32,000 bases of DNA. Origin: Candidatus Velamenicoccus archaeovorus. GTDB taxonomy: Bacteria > Omnitrophota > Gorgyraeia > Velamenicoccales > Velamenicoccaceae. Of the stretch, positions 14,898 to 23,386 are shown piece by piece; position 1 is the first letter of the stretch; every line of letters starts with the position of its first letter. The position numbers were made by a program, and so were the translations under genes. The notes beneath the pieces are model-generated. The model saw nothing but the letters and a program-made list of their open reading frames with translations, was not told the DNA's origin and did not search any database. The DNA is taken from NCBI RefSeq assembly GCF_004102945.1, contig NZ_CP019384.1, positions 1,830,001 to 1,862,000 on the forward strand. Direction: 5' to 3'.

Positions 14898-16364
14898 TTA
14901 ATAAATATCCAAATCGCTCACCCAACTCGAAAGAATTTTCCACAGCACTGTTACAGCAAAATACACCTCTTTATCTTTCTGCTTCAATTCTTCTATTTGC
15001 GTAATAAACTTCTCCTGCTTTTGGGAACCAATTATCCAAGCAACCCACTTCCGTGAATTTTCATCGTTCATTACAGAAGATAAGTCTTTGACGGAGAAGT
15101 TACCGCTTTTGCTCAATGCCCAAGAAATACCCGCTCGCACATCTTCGCTGCCCTTTGGGAATAATCCAATAATTTCCTTGCTATAAATCTCTGCCAACCT
15201 GAAAAGCGACCGAGCAGATTCAGATCTAACATCGATGTTTATATCGTCAAATACCGTAACTAACGCTTGTAGCGCTTCTTTATTCTTGAGTTCCCCCAAC
15301 GCCCAAGCTGCTCCCGCTCTAATTTCTGGATGCTGCTCTTTATCTAATAAAACACGGATGAGCAATTCAGCAGAATAACTACTATTAATTTCCCCTAGAA
15401 TAATAACACCTTCCAGCCTATTTTCTAAATAAGTATCCCTCAAAACCTCTTTAAAGAAATCTATGCTTTCTTTCTGCCCAAGCTTCAAAATACTTGATGC
15501 CGCCTCCAAACGAATATAAATATGATCTTTGGAGTCTCCCATTTTCTCCAATAAAGATTTAATCACTTGCAGATCTTTGGGGAAATATGAAAGTGCTTTA
15601 GCCGCTGCATATCTTTCACTTAATGAAGTACTTTTTAACATTTTCTGATAATCTGAAGCCCCTCTCCCGCCTAAGCACTTAAAATCTTGAATAACAGGAA
15701 CAACAGATGCGATGATCTGATCTTGTTTAACAACGCCATTAACAGTTACAATAGGTTTTATAGTGATATTTTTCTTTTTTAAGCTCAGACTTATTGTTCT
15801 GTTATCTTCAGTACGTTTAAACTTTATTCTGTTATTTATCTCTACCACTGTACCATCGCAACTAGCAACAGCACATGGCCATGAAATCCTTGTTTCAAAT
15901 CCTTCTTCAACACCTTTCGGTCTCTCGGTAATAACTTTTTTGTCACGAAAAACCTTCCTCAAATAATTGACTTGAATATATTGCACAAGATCCGAAGCCT
16001 TCCAATCTGTAGGATCTTCTCCTGCTTTTTTACAGCTTACCAAGGCGATAAAATCTTCATCATTCAAACCAAAATCCCACCCGCGTTCCGGGCTAGCTAT
16101 TGAATGTGACATGGTTATTTGCAACTTGGTTTTTGCTCTTGATTCCACCCGTTTTCCACATTTCACACAAAGGATATCAGGAACACGAACACGCTTAATT
16201 TTAATCCCCTTCCAAATCTTAAAACTCATTGACCCACGTTCCAACTCTATAGGGGCATGGGTTTGCCGTTTTAAGTCATCAAATACTTTCTTAGTCCCTG
16301 TTGCTCCAATAGAAATTTTTTCTAGAAAGCTTACATCGGTTTTGAATGACTGTCTATTTGCCAT
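14898..16364 (-). CDS. Putative PD-(D/E)xK-like N-terminal domain fused to C-terminal HEAT (PBS-lyase type) repeats
   Basis: 488 aa. The N-terminus has ELERG...RVPDILCVKCGKRVESRAKTK, an Hjc/restriction-endonuclease-like E, PD, E-x-(R/K) pattern. The C-terminal ~230 aa carries repeated HEAT-like units (EIRAGAAWALGELKNKEALQALVTVFDD, IDVRSESARSLFRL, DVRAGISWALSKSG). Confidence 0.6.
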   Translation of the reverse strand: MANRQSFKTDVSFLEKISIGATGTKKVFDDLKRQTHAPIELERGSMSFKIWKGIKIKRVRVPDILCVKCGKRVESRAKTKLQITMSHSIASPERGWDFGLNDEDFIALVSCKKAGEDPTDWKASDLVQYIQVNYLRKVFRDKKVITERPKGVEEGFETRISWPCAVASCDGTVVEINNRIKFKRTEDNRTISLSLKKKNITIKPIVTVNGVVKQDQIIASVVPVIQDFKCLGGRGASDYQKMLKSTSLSERYAAAKALSYFPKDLQVIKSLLEKMGDSKDHIYIRLEAASSILKLGQKESIDFFKEVLRDTYLENRLEGVIILGEINSSYSAELLIRVLLDKEQHPEIRAGAAWALGELKNKEALQALVTVFDDINIDVRSESARSLFRLAEIYSKEIIGLFPKGSEDVRAGISWALSKSGNFSVKDLSSVMNDENSRKWVAWIIGSQKQEKFITQIEELKQKDKEVYFAVTVLWKILSSWVSDLDIY

Positions 16365-16380
16365 AGAAACCCTTCATGTT

Positions 16381-16563
16381 TTAATTTTTATTTCTCCATT
16401 GTTTCCGATCCTTTTCAATCAGGTCCCGGATAATTGATATAATGGACGCGCTTTTATTTTGTTTTTGTAACTCAAGAGCTTTTTCTTTCAGGAAGAAATA
16501 CTGCTCCTCGCTAATTTCAATAGTCGTCTTTTTCATGTTGGTTTTGCCTATTTGCCGGTTCAT
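16381..16563 (-). CDS. Small ribbon-helix-helix (CopG/Arc-like) protein, putative
   Basis: 60 aa. KKTTIEISEEQYFFLKEKALE...ASIISIIRDLIEK fits a beta-strand plus two helices. An alternative start is M10 (16536). It ends 16 nt before the HEAT-fusion gene. Confidence 0.45.
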   Translation of the reverse strand: MNRQIGKTNMKKTTIEISEEQYFFLKEKALELQKQNKSASIISIIRDLIEKDRKQWRNKN

Positions 16564-16566
16564 CTA

Positions 16567-16617
16567 TTTTGTGCTCCAATCGCTATATCCCTTTATTTAT
16601 AGCAATATAGCACAAAA
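16567..16617. promoter_or_regulatory. Imperfect inverted repeat upstream of the RHH gene
   Basis: TTTTGTGC (16567-16574) and GCTATAT (16582-16588) pair with the contiguous ATATAGCACAAAA (16605-16617). The left arm carries a 7-nt insertion. Confidence 0.3.
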
Positions 16618-16651
16618 AGGCTGGATTGAGAAGGAAAAACTAAAGCAACCG

Positions 16652-17401
16652 CTAAGATAGTTTTTTGGCAATATCTCTAATGCCGGTGTCCGGATGCATA
16701 AGAAGTTTTTCTCTATCGTAGTCGATAAAATCAGGGTGGAGGGATATGCGGTATTGCTTTGATCCGTTATTCTCAATAAATTTCTGACCGTCTTTGTCCA
16801 GCAAGCTACCTTCTAAAGCCGTTCGGAGGTTACTATAAATCTGAAATTTTTCAACATCAGCAATTATCGTGTCGGAACCCAATCTATGCCTATGAACCCA
16901 GCCGTCCCTTTTCTTTTTCAATTCCAACACCAAACGGAGGAATAACTTGAATACCGAATCGCCGAGTTTTATTTTATGATTATTTACCTCGACTGCATTG
17001 CTTCGTCTCATCGGTATAGTACCCGGGATATAAACCTTGTCGTAGCATTTGTACTCAAAATTTTTGTAATCCTTATTCTGCTTTTCCGTCAGCTCTCTAA
17101 TGACAAGATCCGCCCCTATATTCGGCCTCAGCATTCCGGAAATAATCTCGCCGAGTAGTTTGCAAATTTGATTATCAAACGTCTTTCTGTAAATGCTCTC
17201 TTTCTTCATATGTTTTTTTAGGTCGAGGGCATCGCTGCGTGTTATCGGTGTAAAAACAACAAGGATGCTATTATCTTTATAAATATACTTTAAGGTAGAT
17301 AGCTTTAACAACCTGCCGTTGCCGATATTAAGAACGAAAACCAAGCCCGCTCTTCTACCGTTCCCTTTCTTGTTCGCTATATAAAAATATCCCTTTTTCA
17401 T
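16652..17401 (-). CDS. Hypothetical protein with possible C-terminal OmpR/PhoB-type winged-helix domain
   Basis: 249 aa, RBS AAGGATAGGGG. The C-terminal segment IKLGDSVFKLFLRLVLELKKKRDGWVHRHRL...IYSNLRTALEG...GSKQYRISL follows the Trans_reg_C pattern. The N-terminal ~130 aa is unrecognised. Confidence 0.45.
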   Translation of the reverse strand: MKKGYFYIANKKGNGRRAGLVFVLNIGNGRLLKLSTLKYIYKDNSILVVFTPITRSDALDLKKHMKKESIYRKTFDNQICKLLGEIISGMLRPNIGADLVIRELTEKQNKDYKNFEYKCYDKVYIPGTIPMRRSNAVEVNNHKIKLGDSVFKLFLRLVLELKKKRDGWVHRHRLGSDTIIADVEKFQIYSNLRTALEGSLLDKDGQKFIENNGSKQYRISLHPDFIDYDREKLLMHPDTGIRDIAKKLS

Positions 17402-17423
17402 CCCCTATCCTTGTCCTGCGGGT

Positions 17424-18629
17424 TTATTTAGACTCTTCCATGCCCGGAGGTCTTTTCCTCCATGGATAGCCTCCCGATGCCTCCTTAAATCCAAGATCAT
17501 AAAGCTCTCGCATTTCCGCGGGATCAAAAAGCTCTTTTGCTTTTGACACATGCGTTGCAGGAATATAGGCAAGATTAAAATCTCCCTTTCCATATTTAGT
17601 AAAAACGTACAACTGGTAAAGATCGCCTATGCCCTGAGCATTTATTATCGTGTCAACCGCACGCTCAGCAATTGCTGAAAGCCTATCCGGAACCTCTTTA
17701 TAGATAGGATCAACATAGCCGTTTCTTATTACATAGATTGCGTATTTAAGCTTAGATGCATCCATCCCCTTCTCTTTAAGAGCCTTGTCGAACCCCTGCA
17801 AAACATCGTGCAGAAAAAATACCTGCCTAGTTATGCCGCCGTCGACGTGCATCTCGTCGTACGTCTTATCATTGGCTTCTACATTCAGATATACCGGCGG
17901 GAAAGCAATCGGGATAGATGCCGACGCCAATATGACCTTGCGAAACAGCTTTAAAGCTTTATCATCTCCTATAGACGCGATTTTTCCCATATCCCAGATA
18001 ACCAGCCGCTGCGCATCTAAATTAGTAGTTCCGATGTAAAGCCTGCACCCTTTGGCATACTCAGCAGCTATTTGCTTCATCAATTCTGCATCAAAGTATT
18101 TCTCAATCAGACGCTCAAGCGGGCGGGTATTTGCAAAAGAATTAATAAACGGGATTCGTATTCGGACGATATCTCTCGTAGAATATTTTGTATAAAACTC
18201 TTTTAACTTGTAATCATATTCATTCCCGAGAAAGGCGATTGGCGCAATTATCGCTCCCGTGCTAATCCCTGTTACTACTTTAAAAACCGGACGCACCCCC
18301 GATTCACTCCAACCACTTAATAAACCGGCCCCGTATGCGCCCTCAGCAGCTCCTCCTGAAATAGCCAGCGCATATAAAGTCTGGCTATTATTAAAGTCAA
18401 AAAAAGAACTCTGTTCTTTTTTCTCTTGCTCTAATAATTTGATAAAATCTTCTTTGAAAGAATCACTAGGCATACCGCTGAATGCCCTGACATCCTGCAT
18501 GCCGAAAACCCGCGCGCTGCTTAATAAATCCGGAGGGACGGCATGCCGAACGCTTGCGCAACCGGAAATAAAAAAAGCGATCATGCTGAACAAGCATAAC
18601 CGCCTTCTTGTTCCTACCCACTTATACAT
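17424..18629 (-). CDS. Patatin-like phospholipase, predicted lipoprotein
   Basis: 401 aa. Lipobox FFISGC; oxyanion region ISGGAAEGAYGAG; GxSxG as GISTGA; catalytic Asp in HVDGGI. Confidence 0.85.
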   Translation of the reverse strand: MYKWVGTRRRLCLFSMIAFFISGCASVRHAVPPDLLSSARVFGMQDVRAFSGMPSDSFKEDFIKLLEQEKKEQSSFFDFNNSQTLYALAISGGAAEGAYGAGLLSGWSESGVRPVFKVVTGISTGAIIAPIAFLGNEYDYKLKEFYTKYSTRDIVRIRIPFINSFANTRPLERLIEKYFDAELMKQIAAEYAKGCRLYIGTTNLDAQRLVIWDMGKIASIGDDKALKLFRKVILASASIPIAFPPVYLNVEANDKTYDEMHVDGGITRQVFFLHDVLQGFDKALKEKGMDASKLKYAIYVIRNGYVDPIYKEVPDRLSAIAERAVDTIINAQGIGDLYQLYVFTKYGKGDFNLAYIPATHVSKAKELFDPAEMRELYDLGFKEASGGYPWRKRPPGMEESK

Positions 18630-19089
18630 GAGAACTCCCCATAGATTCTAAAGAATCAACGAGTATCGAGATTCCTCTTTCCATTATTTTTTTATCCTTT
18701 TCTTTTAGACCGTTAACGAGCGTCTCAAGAAACCGTTTTCTATGCTTTTCTAATTTTGCCAAATAATATCTCCCTTTGTCGGTAAGCGCGACAGTAACCT
18801 TCCTACGATCTTTCTCAGTCCGATGACGAACAACCAATTTGCGTTCAACAAGTCGATCGACAAGATTGGTCGCGAATGCACCGCTAACAGAGAGTTCTTT
18901 TTTTATTTTGTTCATCTCGCTCGGCTTGCCGCTACTTAAGAAATTTAATATTTGAAATTCTAAAAAACTTATCTTCTGAGATAAAAAATAACGTTTAGTA
19001 TGGACATGTAAACTCCTCATAAGCCTCTGAAGCAACTCGGAAAGCTTTAAATAATACGGCCTTTCAAACACAAAACTCACCTTTTTCAA
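18622..19089 (-). CDS. MarR family transcriptional regulator
   Basis: Winged-HTH core LEFQILNFLSSGKPSEMNKIKKELSVSGAFATNLVDRLVERKLVVRHRTEKDRRKVTVALTDKGR. The ORF-track start is TTG, so the true start is uncertain. It overlaps both neighbouring genes. Confidence 0.85.
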   Translation of the reverse strand: MKKVSFVFERPYYLKLSELLQRLMRSLHVHTKRYFLSQKISFLEFQILNFLSSGKPSEMNKIKKELSVSGAFATNLVDRLVERKLVVRHRTEKDRRKVTVALTDKGRYYLAKLEKHRKRFLETLVNGLKEKDKKIMERGISILVDSLESMGSSHV

Positions 19090-19630
19090 TAAGAGTTATG
19101 CCTACTGCAACCACCTCGGAATCGTATAGTGATCCGCTGTTTTGTTGAATTTCCTGCAAAGCATCCTCAATATTTAATGTTGGCCGATACACCTGTGGAG
19201 AAACCATCGTATCTACCACATCGGCAACTGAAATTATTTTTGTAACAGGATTAATCTCCTCGGCATGTAAGCCGAAAGGATATCCTGAACCATTCAATCT
19301 TTCATGGTGCTGAAGCGCAACCTCCGCTGCCATAGATTCGGACTTTATGTCTTTTAAAAGAGAATAGCCCAACTCCGGATGCTTTTTCATGATCTCAAAT
19401 TCATCATTATTCAGAGGGCCGCACTTATTAAGGATCTCCACCGGTATTTGAATCTTTCCAATATCATGAACGACTGCTGCAAAATGAATATGCTTAATAT
19501 CTGCGTCGGGGTGGCCAATTTTTTGAGCAATAGCACACGCAAGCCGAGCAACCCGACTTCCATGAGCATAAACCGCCTCATGTTCGCTTAACATTTTTAC
19601 GATTGAAAACAATGTGTCAAAATTTTTCAT
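19064..19630 (-). CDS. Stand-alone HD-GYP domain protein (putative c-di-GMP phosphodiesterase)
   Basis: 188 aa. Motifs HGSRVA, VVHDIGK and HHERLNGSGYPFGL. Confidence 0.85.
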   Translation of the reverse strand: MKNFDTLFSIVKMLSEHEAVYAHGSRVARLACAIAQKIGHPDADIKHIHFAAVVHDIGKIQIPVEILNKCGPLNNDEFEIMKKHPELGYSLLKDIKSESMAAEVALQHHERLNGSGYPFGLHAEEINPVTKIISVADVVDTMVSPQVYRPTLNIEDALQEIQQNSGSLYDSEVVAVGITLIEKGEFCV

Positions 19631-19634
19631 GCAT

Positions 19635-22600
19635 TTAATGTTTTATAAACCGCCTCTCAAAACGCTCCAGATACCAGAAGACTACCGGCACTAGAATAAA
19701 TGTAAAGATGATCGAAGCGAGCAATCCGCCGATCATCACCGCGCCCATAGACTGTTTAATTTTGCTTAAACTCCACAACTGCGGTAGAACGCCTAAAATA
19801 ATGGCAAACGAAGTCATAATAATCGCGCGGAATTTAGCTGAAGCGCCCTGCCAAAGCGCATCCTTAATCGCCAATCCCTCTTTCATCTTAACTAAGGTCT
19901 GATCCAGAAGCAGGATCGCGTTATTCACTACCATACCTACCAACATAACCATACCCATCATCGAAGCCACATTCATGCTCTGGTTAAGATAAAACAGCCC
20001 CAAGACCATCCCGGCGACGGAAGCAAGCACTGTAGTCATGACCGCCAAAGGATAAGCAATTAGTGAATTCATGATCGCGCACAACAGCATAAAGGTTAGG
20101 ATGATCGCCAAAAGAAACGCCCTGCCCAATTCAACATTTGTTTCTTCCATATACTCCGAATATCCCGAGTATTTATAGTTATAGCCGGAGGGAAAGTTAA
20201 TTGCCTTGAACTGTTTATCCAACTTCTTGCTGACGATAACCATGGAGCTCTTGCCCAGATACCCGTCAATTCGTATGATCCTGTTGCGATCGCGACGCCA
20301 GATGGTGGGAACAGCCTTATCGATTTTCAATTCTCCTAATTCATTGATAGGGATTAACCCTTTGCGCGAAAGAATTGATATTTCTTTAATATCGTCGAAA
20401 TTCCGAGCATAAACATCATCCATCTCCACGTTGACTTTATATTCTTCACCTTTTTCTTTGTAAATATTGGAATCCTCTCCGTAAATGGAGTATCGCATTA
20501 CTGCGCCCACGCTAGCTGCGTTGAGTCCGAACTCATTAAGTTTTTCCTCATTAGGAACCAAGCTCATCTGCTTCTTAGGGCTTTTATATGAAAGAACTAC
20601 GCTCTGAAAATCGCCGCTTTTATTCATGATATCTTTCATCTGTCTGGCCAGATCAACCATAACCGTGTAATCCGTGCCGTAAAGGTCTATAGCTACATCA
20701 CCTTCAGACATCGAGCTTATACCTTGCCGTACGCAATACGCTTCTACATCCGGCATCTTTGAGATGAAAACGATCAGATCGTCAATAATCTGCATATCGC
20801 TGCGTTTACGCTCGGTTGAAGGGATTAAATCCAGGGTAACCTTGGCGTTCTCTACTCCATTATTCCCAATATTAGACAAGTAAGCTCGTTTCTCTGGTAT
20901 CGTATCCAAGAAAGCTTCAATATGCTTGACCGCCTCTTCTGTACGTTCGACGGTTGAGCCTTGAGGAAGAGAAAGATTGATAATGACCTTATCTTCGTCG
21001 GACTTAGGCTGAAAATCATTTTCCACATAAGAGAAAAGTAAAAATGAACCGATCAGCGCCAAACAACAAAAAGCAATAGTCGAGCGCGGAAAACGGAACA
21101 TAAGCTCAAATATATGCTTATACTGCTTTTTAAGAAATTCCGTTAGTTTGTCCACGGAAATCGGAATCATTCTTATTCTAGAAATAACCATTTGCATCAG
21201 TCCGGGCCGGAAAGGTTTCTCAGTTTTTTGAGGTTGAAGCATTGCCGCGCACAACATTGGAGTCAATGAGAATGAGGCCAGCAATGAAAAGCAAGTAGCA
21301 TAAACCACTGTCAGACCGAATGATTTCATCATCAGCCCAACCATTCCACCCATCATAGCAATCGGCATGAATACAACAAGATTGGTGCCGGTAGAAGCAA
21401 TGACGGGAATTAAAACTTCCTTAGTCCCGTCTATCGCTGCCTTTTCCGGATTGTCGTGGCGGCTCAAATGTACCATCACGTTCTCTAAAATTACTAAAGC
21501 ATTGGATATAAGTGTTCCGATTACCGTAGCGATGGCAAGAAGGGTCATCATGTTAATGGAAAAACCCGACATCCACATAGGAAATAGCGTAGAGATAATC
21601 GAGGTAGGAATAATGATTGCAGAAATAAACGACATATCCCAACGCCCCAGAAACAGCAACAATAGGATTATGGTTAAAACGATTCCTATAAATATGTTCC
21701 GTTCGGTATCCAATGTTTCATTCGCGATAAAAGTAGTGGTGTCGGTAGCAATTTCCAGATGCATTCCCTGAGGTAGACTTTTCTGGAATTCCGCTAACCT
21801 CTTACGCATTTGATGAGAAATGAATACAGCGTTACCGTCGGAAGCTTTATTGACGGAAAGGCCAACTACAGGTTTACCGTTATAGCGAGCGACTGTAGAG
21901 ATTTTTTTATAGCTATCCTCGACTGCTGCAATATCCTTCAGGTGAAATTCACCGCCGTCGGATGAAACTAGAAGGGTATCGGCAATCTCTTTTACGCTTG
22001 TGAATTCTCCGGTAAAGCGCACGCTAAGAGCATCGTATCCCTTTTCAATATCCCCCGCAGGCACATTTTTATTGCGGGCCATGAGCGCCGCAATCACTTC
22101 GTTGATACTAATATAATGCTGCTTCATAAGCATGGGGTCCAAACGGACATTAATCTGCCGTTTCTCCCCTCCATATACGTCGACCTTGGCTACGCCACGT
22201 ATGGATGAAAATTTGGTCTTTAAGGTTTTATCCGCATATTCGTATACTTCGCGCAGATCACCGGAATCACTGCTTAAAACCATGTCCAACACCGGCTCAA
22301 TTAAAGGATCATATTTCTCTATTACCGGTTTTTCTATTGCATCAGGCAGGTCGTTAAGAATGGCCTCAACCTTGTCCTTAACTTCTATAGATTTGACGTT
22401 GACGTCTGCGGAAAGTAAGAATTCTACGAATATGTATCCGAAACTATCGTAAGACTGGCTTTTTATCTTCTTAATCTCGGAAATCTCAGAAATAGCGTCT
22501 TCAATCTTTTTGACTACCAGCGTCTCCACCTCCAAAGGATTCGCCCCCGGATAAGTCACGGAAACCGTCACAATCGGAAAATCAATCTTTGGGGTCTTCT

Positions 22601-22697
22601 CAATCATCAGATTGGAATAGCTGAAAAACCCCAAGACCACGAATACCAACACAAACATGACCGTGGTAATCTTATGTTTAACAAAAAATTCTATCAT
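19635..22697 (-). CDS. RND efflux transporter permease (AcrB/AcrD/AcrF family)
   Basis: 1020 aa. It has the 12-TM layout with two large periplasmic loops and family-typical N- and C-termini. ATGA overlap with the adaptor gene. Confidence 0.95.
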   Translation of the reverse strand: MIEFFVKHKITTVMFVLVFVVLGFFSYSNLMIEKTPKIDFPIVTVSVTYPGANPLEVETLVVKKIEDAISEISEIKKIKSQSYDSFGYIFVEFLLSADVNVKSIEVKDKVEAILNDLPDAIEKPVIEKYDPLIEPVLDMVLSSDSGDLREVYEYADKTLKTKFSSIRGVAKVDVYGGEKRQINVRLDPMLMKQHYISINEVIAALMARNKNVPAGDIEKGYDALSVRFTGEFTSVKEIADTLLVSSDGGEFHLKDIAAVEDSYKKISTVARYNGKPVVGLSVNKASDGNAVFISHQMRKRLAEFQKSLPQGMHLEIATDTTTFIANETLDTERNIFIGIVLTIILLLLFLGRWDMSFISAIIIPTSIISTLFPMWMSGFSINMMTLLAIATVIGTLISNALVILENVMVHLSRHDNPEKAAIDGTKEVLIPVIASTGTNLVVFMPIAMMGGMVGLMMKSFGLTVVYATCFSLLASFSLTPMLCAAMLQPQKTEKPFRPGLMQMVISRIRMIPISVDKLTEFLKKQYKHIFELMFRFPRSTIAFCCLALIGSFLLFSYVENDFQPKSDEDKVIINLSLPQGSTVERTEEAVKHIEAFLDTIPEKRAYLSNIGNNGVENAKVTLDLIPSTERKRSDMQIIDDLIVFISKMPDVEAYCVRQGISSMSEGDVAIDLYGTDYTVMVDLARQMKDIMNKSGDFQSVVLSYKSPKKQMSLVPNEEKLNEFGLNAASVGAVMRYSIYGEDSNIYKEKGEEYKVNVEMDDVYARNFDDIKEISILSRKGLIPINELGELKIDKAVPTIWRRDRNRIIRIDGYLGKSSMVIVSKKLDKQFKAINFPSGYNYKYSGYSEYMEETNVELGRAFLLAIILTFMLLCAIMNSLIAYPLAVMTTVLASVAGMVLGLFYLNQSMNVASMMGMVMLVGMVVNNAILLLDQTLVKMKEGLAIKDALWQGASAKFRAIIMTSFAIILGVLPQLWSLSKIKQSMGAVMIGGLLASIIFTFILVPVVFWYLERFERRFIKH

Positions 22698-23386
22698 TGA
22701 ATTTGTTCCTTTTTATCTGTTTCTCCGGCGTCTACCACCAGTAGCCGGTCATTATCCTCAAGCATACTCTGTCCGCTGAATATTACTTTATCGCCGGATT
22801 GCAATCCTTCGGAAATTATCGCGCCGTAGCCGTTGCGTAATCGAATAACCACTTTGCGTTTTTTGGCAAGACCGTTCTCATCCTTCCAAATAAAATATTC
22901 ATCTCCGGCAATATCCAGCACTTCATTGGGAACGGCTAATACATTATGTAGCGTCGAAGTATGAGCGCAAACCACAAACGCAACGCTCGGATCCCGAGAC
23001 TTATCAAACTCTACCTCTACCGGGAACATACCAGCGTCCATGTCTAGTTCCGCACCTATGCTTTTTAATCGAGCGCTAACAACGAATCTATCCTCCGGAT
23101 CGTATATCTCTTGTCCTTCCTGAAGCGCATTTTTAACTTCACCTGTAACAAACCCACGGGCAACCCGCCCGTCAACGATCCTGACCGTAAACTGAGCGTA
23201 AACGGGGACATCTCCGGCTTTAATCACCCGAACCTCAACCGGCTTTCCCGCCTTCTTCCATTCCCCATAGAAACTGACAATTGTCTTACCGCGTGCTGCC
23301 TTGACCGCGTGAATACGCAGTGGAACGGAAGCTAAACTAAGGATAATGATTATTAAATATATTGTTTTTCGCTTAAAGTTTTTCAT
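22694..23386 (-). CDS. Short RND periplasmic adaptor (MFP-like) subunit
   Basis: 230 aa with an N-terminal signal or anchor. Beta-rich C-terminal region (VLAVPNEVL...YFIWKDENG...KRKVVIRLRNGYGAIISEGLQSGDKVI). Positioned between the TolC and RND genes. Confidence 0.7.
   Translation of the reverse strand: MKNFKRKTIYLIIIILSLASVPLRIHAVKAARGKTIVSFYGEWKKAGKPVEVRVIKAGDVPVYAQFTVRIVDGRVARGFVTGEVKNALQEGQEIYDPEDRFVVSARLKSIGAELDMDAGMFPVEVEFDKSRDPSVAFVVCAHTSTLHNVLAVPNEVLDIAGDEYFIWKDENGLAKKRKVVIRLRNGYGAIISEGLQSGDKVIFSGQSMLEDNDRLLVVDAGETDKKEQIQ

Noticed and set aside
17405-17593. 62-aa ORF overlapping the 3' end of the patatin gene in another frame
   Set aside because: It is nested in a well-supported gene, with no independent signals.
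17424-18629. Patatin protein as a CBASS CapV-like effector
   Set aside because: No CD-NTase or other cyclase is nearby. The protein has a lipoprotein signal, which points to a secreted or envelope location. It is also operonic with MarR, HD-GYP and the efflux genes.
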